DNA from: an uncultured Actinomycetota bacterium
Lineage (GTDB): Bacteria > Actinomycetota > Actinomycetes > Propionibacteriales > Nocardioidaceae
Length of the DNA: 64,000 nt
NCBI GenBank assembly: GCA_963800225.1
Contig: CAWDAF010000007.1
Location: 27,256 to 91,255 of the forward strand
Direction: 5' to 3'
Under the pieces are notes generated by a model, which saw only the letters and a list, made by a program, of their open reading frames with translations, did not search any database and had not been told where the DNA came from. This document shows, in pieces, positions 33,486-42,063 of this stretch (the stretch's first letter is position 1; each line of letters starts with the position of its first letter). A program made the translations under genes and the position numbers.

Positions 33486-34385
33486 TCAGCCCGGGACGGT
33501 GATCTGGCCGGTCGCGACCGGCTGCACCCGGCCGGCCACGTGGCACCGGGTGGCCACCCCGGCGGCCGCGTCGACGCGGCAGGACAGCGCGGACGGCCGG
33601 CCCATCTCCACGCCCTGGGTGATCTCGTAGCGGCCCCCCTCCGGCAGCAGCCCCGACGCGACCAGCGCCATCCCGAGCCCGGCGGCCGCCGACCCGGTCG
33701 CGGGGTCCTCGGGCACCCCGACGCCCGGGACGAACACCCGGGAGTGCACCGCCAGCACCGGGGCGTCGCCGGCGACGGCGTACACGTTGAGCGCGTCGAG
33801 CAGGTCCTCGACCGGGGCGACCGCGGCGATCCGCTCGGCGAGCGCGCCGAACCCCCGCCCGGCGGGTACGGCGCGCACCACCGCCTCCTCGCGGACCGGC
33901 AGGTGCACGAAGGTCAGGCCGCAGCCGGCGACCCAGGCCTGGCCGGCCAGGTCGGAGGGGGCCAGCCCGACCAGCCGCAGCAGGTCACGGGTGAGGGCCG
34001 GGTCCAGGGGGCCGGCCAGGTCGCGCGGGGTGGCGCTCAGCTCGACCACCGCACCGTCGAAGCGCACCCCGACCCGCCCCGCGCCGCACACCTGCACGCA
34101 GGCGTCCCCGCTCAGCAGCCCCCGGGACCGCAGCACCGACGCGGTGCCGAGGGTGGGGTGCCCGGCGAACGGGATCTCCTGCTCGGGGGTGAAGATCCGG
34201 GTGGCGTACTCCCGGCCGCCGGCGACCTCCGCGGACGGGAACGTCGTCTCGGAGAATCCGAACTCCGCGGCGATCGCCTGGCACTGCTCCGCGGAGAGGC
34301 CCTCGGCGCCGAGCACGACGGCCAGCGGGTTGCCGGCGAACGGCCGGTCGGTGAACACGTCGACGATCTCGTAGTCCAGTCGCAT
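33486..34385 (-). CDS. PhzF-family isomerase
   Basis: Track ORF 33486..34394 with start taken at ATG 34385. MRLDYEIVDVFTDRPFAGNPLAVVL...FGFSETTFP...IFTPEQEIPFAGHPTLG. Confidence 0.85.
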   Translation of the reverse strand: MRLDYEIVDVFTDRPFAGNPLAVVLGAEGLSAEQCQAIAAEFGFSETTFPSAEVAGGREYATRIFTPEQEIPFAGHPTLGTASVLRSRGLLSGDACVQVCGAGRVGVRFDGAVVELSATPRDLAGPLDPALTRDLLRLVGLAPSDLAGQAWVAGCGLTFVHLPVREEAVVRAVPAGRGFGALAERIAAVAPVEDLLDALNVYAVAGDAPVLAVHSRVFVPGVGVPEDPATGSAAAGLGMALVASGLLPEGGRYEITQGVEMGRPSALSCRVDAAAGVATRCHVAGRVQPVATGQITVPG

Positions 34386-34420
34386 GGGGCCCATCCTCCC
34401 AGCGGCTAATCTGGTCGGCT

Positions 34421-35713
34421 GTGAGCACCTCCCCCACCCGCGTCTTCGCCGCCCGCCTGTCCGGGCTGCCGGTCTTCGACCCCGCGGGCGACCAGGTCGG
34501 CAAGATCCGCGACCTCGTCGTGGTGCTCCGTCCGGGCGGCCTGCAGCCCCGGGTGCTCGGCCTGGTCGTCGAGGTCTTCGGGCGCCGGTCCATCTTCGTG
34601 CCGATGACCCGGGTCACCCACGTGGACAGCGGCCAGGTGATCACCACCGGCGTGGTGAACATGCGCCGCTTCGAGCAGCGCCCCACCGAGACGCTGGTGT
34701 TCGGGCAGATGCTCGACCGCCAGGTGACGGTCCGCGACACCGGCGTCGTCGGAGCGGTGTACGACGTGGGGATGGAGCTCACCCGCACCCGGGACTGGCT
34801 GATCAACAAGGTGGCGCTCCAGGAGGGCTCGAAGCGCTTCGGTCGCCAGGGCCAGACGCACGTCGTCGACTGGCGCGACATCGACGGGTTCACCGCGCTC
34901 GAGGAGGGCCAGGGGGCCACCCACCTGCTCGCGGCGTTCGAGGAGATGCGGCCCGCCGACCTGGCCAGCGTGATCCACGACCTGCCGGCCAAGCGCCGCG
35001 GCGAGATCGCCTCCGCCCTCGACGACGAGCGGCTCGCCGACGTCCTCGAGGAGCTGCCCGAGGAGGACCAGGTGGAGATCCTCGGCATCCTCGACAACGA
35101 GCGCGCCGCCGACGTCCTGGAGGAGATGTCCCCCGACGACGCCGCCGACCTGATCGCCGAGCTTCCCCCGGAGACCGCCGAGCGGCTGCTCCAGCTGATG
35201 GACCCCGGCGAGGCCGAGGACGTCCGGCGGCTGATGTCCTACGAGGAGCACACCGCCGGCGGCATGATGACCACCGAGCCGGTGATCCTCTCCCCCGACG
35301 CCACCGTCGCCGACGCCCTGGCGCACGTGCGCAACGCCGAGCTCAGTCCCTCCCTCGCGGCCCTCGTGTACGTCGCCCGGCCGCCGCTCGAGCCGCCCAC
35401 GGGCCGGCTGCTCGGTGTCGCGCACATCCAGCGGCTGCTCCGGGAGCCCCCCTCGACGATGGTCGGGCACGTCCTGGACTCCGACATCGAGCCGCTGCGT
35501 CCGACCTCGAGCCTCGAGGACTGCGCGCGTCACCTGGCGACGTACAACCTGGTCGCCTCCCCCGTCGTCGACGAGGACGGCCGCCTCGTCGGCGCGGTCA
35601 CCGTCGACGACCTCCTCGACCACCTGCTGCCGGAGAACTGGCGCGACACCCCGAGCCGAGCCGCCGCCCCGGTGCGCATCGGGGGCGGGAAGGGAGGGAC
35701 GCCTCGTGGCTAG
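34421..35713 (+). CDS. Soluble MgtE-N/CBS-pair domain protein (no transporter TM domain)
   Basis: Track ORF of 430 aa. A PRC-barrel-like N-terminus, acidic MgtE_N repeats (DDERLADVLEELPEEDQVEIL...ERAADVLEEMSPDDAADLI) and two CBS motifs. Confidence 0.8.
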   Translation: MSTSPTRVFAARLSGLPVFDPAGDQVGKIRDLVVVLRPGGLQPRVLGLVVEVFGRRSIFVPMTRVTHVDSGQVITTGVVNMRRFEQRPTETLVFGQMLDRQVTVRDTGVVGAVYDVGMELTRTRDWLINKVALQEGSKRFGRQGQTHVVDWRDIDGFTALEEGQGATHLLAAFEEMRPADLASVIHDLPAKRRGEIASALDDERLADVLEELPEEDQVEILGILDNERAADVLEEMSPDDAADLIAELPPETAERLLQLMDPGEAEDVRRLMSYEEHTAGGMMTTEPVILSPDATVADALAHVRNAELSPSLAALVYVARPPLEPPTGRLLGVAHIQRLLREPPSTMVGHVLDSDIEPLRPTSSLEDCARHLATYNLVASPVVDEDGRLVGAVTVDDLLDHLLPENWRDTPSRAAAPVRIGGGKGGTPRG

Positions 35714-36266
35714 CAAGGACAGGAAGGACCAGCTCAACGCGCGTGACGTCCGACGCGAGCCCCGCGGCCCCCGGCTGGACGTGCCCACCGACACCCGGCG
35801 GCAGATCGTCCGCCGTCCGCAGGTCGACTCCGACACCTTCGGTCGCTTCGCCGAGACGTTCGCGCGGTTCATGGGCACCGCCCGGTTCCTGATCTACATG
35901 ACGCTGTTCGTGCTCGTCTGGGTGCTCTTCAACGTGCTCGCCCCGGGACCGACGCGGTTCGACGCCTTCCCGTTCATCTTCCTGACCCTGATGCTCAGCC
36001 TCCAGGCGTCGTACGCCGCGCCGCTGATCCTGCTCGCGCAGAACCGGCAGGAGGACCGGGACCGGGTGATCGGCGAGCAGGACCGCCAGGCGAACTCCCG
36101 CGCGCACGCCGACATGGAGTTCCTGGCTCGCGAGATGGCCTCGATCCGGATGGCCCTCGGCGAGGTGGCCACCCGCGACTACGTCCGCTCCGAGCTGCGC
36201 TCGCTGATGCAGGAGCTCGAGGAGCAGCGCCGAGCCGAGGACGACGACGTCGTCGATCCGGCGTGA
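35706..36266 (+). CDS. DUF1003-family membrane protein
   Basis: Real part of track ORF 35415..36266, starting at GTG 35706 (8-nt overlap with the upstream gene). FAETFARFMGTARFLIYMTLFVLVWVLFN...FPFIFLTLMLSLQASYAAPLILLAQNRQ. Confidence 0.75.
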   Translation: MASKDRKDQLNARDVRREPRGPRLDVPTDTRRQIVRRPQVDSDTFGRFAETFARFMGTARFLIYMTLFVLVWVLFNVLAPGPTRFDAFPFIFLTLMLSLQASYAAPLILLAQNRQEDRDRVIGEQDRQANSRAHADMEFLAREMASIRMALGEVATRDYVRSELRSLMQELEEQRRAEDDDVVDPA

Positions 36267-36312
36267 CCGGGTCCCGTCTCGGCTCCCTGGCCCGGCACGT
36301 AGTCTGGAAACC

Positions 36313-37476
36313 ATGACATCCCCCGCTCTCGAGCAGATCAACGCTGCGCTCGCGACCGTGAACGACCCGGAGATCCGCCGGCCGATCACCGACCTCGGCA
36401 TGGTCGAGTCGGTCGACGTCGACGACAAGGGAGGGGTCAGCGTCACGGTGCTGCTGACGGTGGCCGGCTGCCCGCTCAAGGACACCATCACCCGCGACGT
36501 GACCGCCGCCGTCGAGAAGGTGCCCGGCGTGACCGGGGTGTCCCTGACGCTCGGCGTGATGAGTCCCGACCAGCGCTCCGGCCTCCAGGAGAAGCTCCGC
36601 GGCGGCCAGGCGCAGAAGGAGATCCCCTTCGCGCGGCCCGGCTCGCTGACCAAGGTCTACGCGATCGCCTCCGGCAAGGGCGGCGTCGGCAAGTCCTCGG
36701 TGACGGTGAACCTCGCCGCCGCGATGGCCAAGCAGGGCATGCGGGTCGGCATCCTGGACGCCGACATCTACGGCCACTCGGTGCCCGCGATGCTCGGTGT
36801 CGGCGACGTGCGCCCCACCCAGGTCGAGGACATGATCATGCCGGTCCCGGCGCTCGCCAGTGCCGGTGAGATCTCGGTGATCAGCATCGGGATGCTCAAG
36901 CCGCGCCGCGACCAGGTCGTCGCCTGGCGCGGCCCGATGCTCGACAGGGCGCTGGTGCAGATGCTCAGCGACGTGTTCTGGGGCGACCTCGACGCGCTCT
37001 TCCTCGACCTGCCGCCGGGCACCGGCGACATCGCGATCTCGCTGGGCCAGCACCTCCCCAACGCCGAGGTGGTCGTGGTGACCACCCCGCAGGAGGCCGC
37101 CGCCGAGGTCGCCGAGCGCGCCGGCACGATGGCCTCGATGATGCACCAGCGGGTGGTCGGGGTCGTGGAGAACATGTCCTTCCTGCCCTGCCCGCACTGC
37201 GGCCCCGAGCACCGCCTCGAGGTGTTCGGCGCCGGCGGCGGCAAGCGGGTCGCGGCGACGCTGTCCGGCCGGTTCGGGTACGACGTGCCGGTGCTCGGCG
37301 AGGTGCCCCTGGACCTGTCCCTGCGCGAGGGCGGCGACACCGGCGTCCCGATCGTGGACAGCAACCCGGACTCCCCGGCGGCGGCCGCCCTGACCGCGGT
37401 GGCCACCGGGCTCACCGGCCGCGGCCGCGGCCTCGCCGGCATGCAGCTCGGCCTCTCCCCCGCCGGCCGGTTGTAA
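36313..37476 (+). CDS. mrp: Mrp/ApbC-family Fe-S cluster carrier ATPase with an N-terminal DUF59 domain
   Basis: Track ORF of 387 aa. DPEIRRPITDLGMV (DUF59), IASGKGGVGKSS (P-loop), CPHCG. Confidence 0.9.
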   Translation: MTSPALEQINAALATVNDPEIRRPITDLGMVESVDVDDKGGVSVTVLLTVAGCPLKDTITRDVTAAVEKVPGVTGVSLTLGVMSPDQRSGLQEKLRGGQAQKEIPFARPGSLTKVYAIASGKGGVGKSSVTVNLAAAMAKQGMRVGILDADIYGHSVPAMLGVGDVRPTQVEDMIMPVPALASAGEISVISIGMLKPRRDQVVAWRGPMLDRALVQMLSDVFWGDLDALFLDLPPGTGDIAISLGQHLPNAEVVVVTTPQEAAAEVAERAGTMASMMHQRVVGVVENMSFLPCPHCGPEHRLEVFGAGGGKRVAATLSGRFGYDVPVLGEVPLDLSLREGGDTGVPIVDSNPDSPAAAALTAVATGLTGRGRGLAGMQLGLSPAGRL

Positions 37477-37479
37477 ACC

Positions 37480-37812
37480 GTGTTCGGGATCGGCCTGCCG
37501 GAGCTGATGGTGATCCTCGTGGTCGCCGTCGTCGTCTTCGGTCCCGACAGGCTCCCCGACTTCGCCCGGCAGGCCGGGCGCTTCGTGCGCCAGGTGCGCC
37601 AGTTCACCCAGTCCGCGCGCGACGACATCCGCTCCGAGCTGGGTCCGGAGTTCGCGGACTTCGAGCTGACCGACCTCGACCCGCGCCGGGCGGTCCGCAA
37701 GTACATCCAGGACGCCTGGGACGAGTCCGAGGACGACGCCGGTCCCCAGCGCGCCGGCGACCGCCCGCTGGAGGCCGGCGAGCTGCCGCCGTACGACAGT
37801 GACGCGACGTGA
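37480..37812 (+). CDS. tatB: Twin-arginine translocase subunit TatB
   Basis: Track ORF of 110 aa. MFGIGLPELMVILVVAVVVFGPDRLP, then an amphipathic helix. Located between mrp and htrA, as in M. tuberculosis. Confidence 0.8.
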   Translation: MFGIGLPELMVILVVAVVVFGPDRLPDFARQAGRFVRQVRQFTQSARDDIRSELGPEFADFELTDLDPRRAVRKYIQDAWDESEDDAGPQRAGDRPLEAGELPPYDSDAT

Positions 37813-37818
37813 CCCCGC

Positions 37819-39207
37819 TCAGCCGACCTTGGAGTCCAGCCGGACCTTGACGTCGGCCAGGTGGCCGGCGCGCCGGACCACGAGGTCGATGGTCTCGCCG
37901 GGCTGGTGGCTGCGGATCGCGACGATCAGGCCGATCCCGTCGGTGACCGGCTTGCCGTCCACGCGGGTGACCACGTCGCCCTTGCGCAGCCCGGCGTCCG
38001 CCGCGGGGGTGCCGGCCGGCACGGCGACCACCTCGGCGCCGCTGCTCTGCCGCCCGGTGTCCACATTGGCCCCGATCACCGGGTAGCGGGCCTCGCCGGT
38101 GGCCAGGATCTGCGCGGCGGTGATCCGCACCTGCTCCATCGGGATCGCGAAGCCCACCCCGATGTTGCCGGACTCGCCGCCGATCGAGCCGCCGGTGGTG
38201 GCGATCGCGGAGTTCACGCCCACCACCTGGCCGCGCAGGTTGACCAGCGGTCCGCCCGAGTTGCCGGGGTTGATCGCGGCGTCGGTCTGCAGGGCGTTGA
38301 TGTAGGACGACTGGTTGCTGTTGCCGGTGGTCACCGGGCGGTCGGTCGCGCTGACGATGCCCGAGGTGACCGTGCTGCTGAGGCCGAGCGGGGACCCGAT
38401 CGCCACCACCGTGTCGCCGACGCGCAGCTGGCGCGAGGACCCGATCGCGGCGGGGCGCAGGCCCTTGCCGCCGGTGACGGCCAGCACCGCGAGGTCGTAG
38501 ACGGGGCTGCGGCCGACGATCCTCGCCGCGTGCCGGGTGCCGTTCTGGTCGACCACCTTGAGCTCGCCCGCGCCGGTCGCGTCGGCCACCACGTGGTTGT
38601 TGGTGATCACGTGCACCTTGTCGTCCAGCACGAAGCCGGACCCGGTCGCGCCGCCGGAGATGCTGCCGTCCGCGCCGCCCTTGGCCTGCACCTGCACGGT
38701 GCTGGGGAGCAGCTTGGCCGCGACCGCCGGGATGCTGCCGTTGTCGGCCCGCAGCGGGGCGGGAGCGCCGGAGTCGATGCCGATGGACGGGATGCTCACG
38801 CCGCCGTCGGACATGGTGGAGGAGACCGCCACCGAGGCGAGCACGCCGCCGAGGGCGCCGACCAGCAGCGCCAGCACGGTCATCACCGGCCAGGCCCAGC
38901 CGGGGAACCGCGACGTGGGCCGGCCCGGCGGAGCGGGCTGCGGCGGGCCGTAGGACAGCGGGTACGCCGCGGTGGGCTGCCGCGCGTAGCCGGGTGCGGG
39001 CTGCGACGGCTGCGGGGCGCCGTACGGCGGCGAGCCTGGAGGTGGGGAGCCGGCCTGCGGGGAGCCGGCCTGCGGCCAGTAGCCACCGGTCGGGTGCAGC
39101 GGCTGGGTGTCACCGAAGTCCGGGGCGTCCTGGCCGGCCGACGCGTCGGGCTCGTGCTCGGACGCGGAGTCGGGGCGTTCGTCGTCGGACTGGCTCACGT
39201 CACCCAT
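37819..39207 (-). CDS. htrA: HtrA/DegP-family S1C serine protease with a PDZ domain and a Pro/Gln-rich cytoplasmic N-terminus
   Basis: Track ORF 37819..39702 was trimmed to ATG 39207. TM helix, HVITNNHV (His), YDLAVL (Asp), GNSGGPLV (Ser), and a C-terminal PDZ (GLRKGDVVTRVDGKPV). Confidence 0.9.
   Translation of the reverse strand: MGDVSQSDDERPDSASEHEPDASAGQDAPDFGDTQPLHPTGGYWPQAGSPQAGSPPPGSPPYGAPQPSQPAPGYARQPTAAYPLSYGPPQPAPPGRPTSRFPGWAWPVMTVLALLVGALGGVLASVAVSSTMSDGGVSIPSIGIDSGAPAPLRADNGSIPAVAAKLLPSTVQVQAKGGADGSISGGATGSGFVLDDKVHVITNNHVVADATGAGELKVVDQNGTRHAARIVGRSPVYDLAVLAVTGGKGLRPAAIGSSRQLRVGDTVVAIGSPLGLSSTVTSGIVSATDRPVTTGNSNQSSYINALQTDAAINPGNSGGPLVNLRGQVVGVNSAIATTGGSIGGESGNIGVGFAIPMEQVRITAAQILATGEARYPVIGANVDTGRQSSGAEVVAVPAGTPAADAGLRKGDVVTRVDGKPVTDGIGLIVAIRSHQPGETIDLVVRRAGHLADVKVRLDSKVG
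39046..39075 (-). repeat. Perfect 15-bp tandem duplication inside the htrA N-terminal low-complexity region
   Basis: ggagccggcctgcgg at 39046-39060 and again at 39061-39075. It encodes PQAGSPQAGSP. Confidence 0.85.
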
Positions 39208-39257
39208 TCTCACCCACGACCCAACCGCGCGTCCGGTTGACCGGCGGGCGGACCCGG

Positions 39258-39857
39258 TCAGCGGTGGTCGTCGACCGCGGTGGCGTGGACCACGCCGTCC
39301 GGGCCGGGCCCGAGGGTGTAGCCCGGGAGCCGGCCGTGCACCGCCACGGCGGCGGGCGCGACGGTGGCGCGGGTGGGGCTGGAGGAGGCGGTCGCGCCCC
39401 CGATGCGCGAGACGGGCGTGCTGCCGGGGCCGCCCCCGAAGCCGATCGGCGCCCCGCTCAGCGTGGTGAGGCCGAGCACCGCCGCGGACACCGAGCCGGC
39501 GCCGACCAGGGCGATGCCCGCACGACGCCGGGTGCGGCCGGACCGCTCGATCTCCCGGGTCTCGGCCCAGGCGACCGCGGCGGGGTCCAGGTCGAGCAAC
39601 GACCCGACGAACCGGTCGGAGGGCTCGTCGGCGCGGGGACCGCCGGAGATCTGGGCGACCTGGCGCTTGACCCAGCCCTCGTGCTCGACCAGCCGACGGC
39701 ACGGCGGGCAGTGCAGCACGTGCTGCCAGGCCCGCTCGGTGGTCTCGTCGTCGAGCTGGCCGTCGACGAGGGCGCTCACCGAGGACCCGAGGTGCCCGCT
39801 CAGCAGGCCCGCGGGTCCGAGGAGGGGTCGCCGCACCGGGCGCCGCATCGCCGCCAT
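39258..39857 (-). CDS. rseA: Anti-sigma-E factor (RseA-like, zf-HC2)
   Basis: Track ORF of 199 aa. HVLHCPPCRRLV (HxxxCxxC). Its start overlaps the sigE stop by 1 nt (TGATG). Confidence 0.7.
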   Translation of the reverse strand: MAAMRRPVRRPLLGPAGLLSGHLGSSVSALVDGQLDDETTERAWQHVLHCPPCRRLVEHEGWVKRQVAQISGGPRADEPSDRFVGSLLDLDPAAVAWAETREIERSGRTRRRAGIALVGAGSVSAAVLGLTTLSGAPIGFGGGPGSTPVSRIGGATASSSPTRATVAPAAVAVHGRLPGYTLGPGPDGVVHATAVDDHR

Positions 39858-40498
39858 CAGGTCACCTGGGGCGTGAGCCGGCGACGGCGTGGCTCGGCGG
39901 GGCCGGAGTAGCGGGACCGGCCCTGCGACGGCGCCCGGTGGGCGAGTGCCTTGCGCAGCATGGTGCGGCCCCGGTGGATGCGGGAGCGGACGGTGCCCAG
40001 CTTGAGGCCGAGCACGTCGGCGATCTCCTCATAGCTCAGGCCCTCGATGTCGCAGAGCACGACCGCGGCCCGGAAGTCCGGCGGCAGGGCGGCCAGCGCG
40101 GACTCGACGTCCTCGTCGAAGAGCCCGTCCAGCACCTGGGTGTCGGGGGCCAGCATCCGGCTCGGGATCCGCGAGTCGGCGTCGTCGGCGAGGGCGTCGA
40201 AGCGGATCTTGGCCTTGCGCCGGGCCTGGTCGAGGAACAGGTTGGTGGTGATCCGGTGCAGCCAGCCCTCGAAGGTCCCCGGGGTGTACGACGACAGCGA
40301 CCGGAACACCCGGACGAAGACCTCCTGGGTCAGGTCCTCGGCGTCGTGGGGGTTGCCGGTGAGCCGGTAGGAGAGCCGGTAGACCCGGGCGGAGTGGGTG
40401 GCGACGATGTCCTCCCAGGACGGCGGCTGCCACTCCTCGGCGCCGGGGACGCCCGCGCCGGACCGACTCGGCTGACTCGTGGGGGTCGGCTTGGTCAT
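39857..40498 (-). CDS. sigE: ECF RNA polymerase sigma factor SigE
   Basis: Track ORF 39857..40570 was trimmed to ATG 40498, which has a GAGGAG RBS. Region 2: [27 protein letters not shown]. Region 4: [31 protein letters not shown]. Confidence 0.85.
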   Translation of the reverse strand: MTKPTPTSQPSRSGAGVPGAEEWQPPSWEDIVATHSARVYRLSYRLTGNPHDAEDLTQEVFVRVFRSLSSYTPGTFEGWLHRITTNLFLDQARRKAKIRFDALADDADSRIPSRMLAPDTQVLDGLFDEDVESALAALPPDFRAAVVLCDIEGLSYEEIADVLGLKLGTVRSRIHRGRTMLRKALAHRAPSQGRSRYSGPAEPRRRRLTPQVT

Positions 40499-40626
40499 CG
40501 GCTGCTCCTCGGCCGTCGCGCTGCGCAGGGGCTCCCGGAGAAGTTTCCGGGGGCGGATGGTGCTCGCCATCGTGCTGGCGTCTGCCTCTCACCGTAGGAG
40601 CCGCTCCTGAGAGGGGCCTGAGGGAA

Positions 40627-41442
40627 GTGCTGCGATTCCGCTGTCGGTCTGTACCGCTGTCAACGGACCGGCGGGGGACGTTGTTCCCGGGCGCCGCCTC
40701 GGCACCGGTAGAGTCGGGCCGACGTCTGTTCGGGCGTCCACCCGACGTCACCGACACCGGCATCACACCGGCATCACCTCAGGAGGGCATCATCGTCACG
40801 GGACTGAAGCCGGCCAGCTGGACCTACGCCGAGGAGTTCGTCGGGGAGGACGAGGTGCTGCAGGCAGCCCGCGCCCGCGCCGAGGAGGTCGGCGTCTCGC
40901 CGATCGGCGTCGGCGGCGGCGCCGCCCTGCGCTTCCTCACCTCCGTGACCGAGGCCCGCGCTGTCGTCGAGATCGGCACCGGGACCGGCGTGTCCGGCCT
41001 GTGGATGCTGCGCGGGATGCGTCCCGACGGCGTGCTCACCACCGTCGACACCGAGGCCGAGCACCAGCGGCTCGCCAAGAAGGCGTTCGGGGAGGCGGGC
41101 ATCCCCACGCAGCGGGTCCGGCTGATCCCGGGCGCCGCGCTCGACGTGCTCCCCCGGCTCACCGACGGCCACTACGACCTCGTCTTCGCCGACGGCGACA
41201 AGACCGAGTACGCCGAGTACCTGGCCGAGGCGATGCGGCTGCTCAAGCCCGGCGGGATCGTGGCCTTCGACAACGCCCTGTGGCACGACCGGGTCGCCGA
41301 CCCCGCGCAGCGCGACGCCGAGACGGTCTCGATCCGCGAGCTCGGGATCGCGGTCCGCGACCACGAGTCGCTGCTGCCGATGCTGCTGCCGGTCGGCGAC
41401 GGCCTGCTGGTCGCCAAGAAGATCTGGTCCCCGCGGGGCTGA
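40627..41442 (+). CDS. Class I SAM-dependent O-methyltransferase (caffeoyl-CoA OMT-like, Rv1220c-like)
   Basis: Track ORF of 271 aa. VVEIGTGTGVSGLWML...DLVFADGDK...GGIVAFDNALW. The start is uncertain: TTG 40681 is in frame, and AGGAGG at 40781-40786 suggests a shorter product with a non-canonical start. Confidence 0.75.
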   Translation: MLRFRCRSVPLSTDRRGTLFPGAASAPVESGRRLFGRPPDVTDTGITPASPQEGIIVTGLKPASWTYAEEFVGEDEVLQAARARAEEVGVSPIGVGGGAALRFLTSVTEARAVVEIGTGTGVSGLWMLRGMRPDGVLTTVDTEAEHQRLAKKAFGEAGIPTQRVRLIPGAALDVLPRLTDGHYDLVFADGDKTEYAEYLAEAMRLLKPGGIVAFDNALWHDRVADPAQRDAETVSIRELGIAVRDHESLLPMLLPVGDGLLVAKKIWSPRG

Positions 41443-41492
41443 CCCCGGCGGCTCCCCTGGCGCCCGGCCGCCCCGTGCGGTGGTCGGGCCGC

Positions 41493-42050
41493 TCAGCTCG
41501 TCGGCACCCAGAACCGCATCTTGACGCCCCGGACGTCCTCGAGCACTCCCCCGTTGGCCTCGATCACCTTGCGGGAGCCGACGTTGTCCTCGTCGCAGGT
41601 GACCAGCGCGGGGTCGATGCCGTGCCGGGCGGCCACCTCGAGCATCAGGCCGAGGGCGGTGGTGGCCACCCCGCGACGCCGCGCGGAGGGACGCACGGCG
41701 TACCCGATGTGGCCGCCCACCTCGAGCAGCCACGGGGTGAGCTCGTGGCGCAGCGAGATCCGGCCGAGCACCTCCGCGCCGTCCTCGACGATCCACAGGT
41801 AGCAGCCCGGCACCCAGCCGGCGGGCCGCGGCGTGCCCGGCAGCTCCAGGGCGCGGGTGTAGCGGCAGAACTCGGCGAAGACCTCCGGCGCGGCCAGCGA
41901 CCGCGCGGTGAAGGCGACCCCGGCGAAGCCCGGCCCCGGCGGCACCACCAGGTCGAGGTAGTGCGCGTTGCCCTCGGCGGCGAGCTCGTCGAGCGCCGCC
42001 AGGTAGGACCGGTGCAGCCGGGGGTCCGCCTCGACCAACGTCAGGGTCAC
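41493..42050 (-). CDS. GNAT-family N-acetyltransferase
   Basis: Track ORF of 185 aa. IGYAVRPSARRRGVATTALGLML (acetyl-CoA-binding motif A). Confidence 0.75.
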   Translation of the reverse strand: MTLTLVEADPRLHRSYLAALDELAAEGNAHYLDLVVPPGPGFAGVAFTARSLAAPEVFAEFCRYTRALELPGTPRPAGWVPGCYLWIVEDGAEVLGRISLRHELTPWLLEVGGHIGYAVRPSARRRGVATTALGLMLEVAARHGIDPALVTCDEDNVGSRKVIEANGGVLEDVRGVKMRFWVPTS

Positions 42051-42063
42051 CGTCGGGGCCGGC

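Noticed and set aside
31434-33546. Multiple track ORFs containing peptides such as RSRRLD, VRADS and FAPTR (also 60380..60806)
   Set aside because: These peptides are just the translated 32-bp repeat units read in different frames and strands. The ORFs have no independent coding signal and sit in intergenic repeat arrays.
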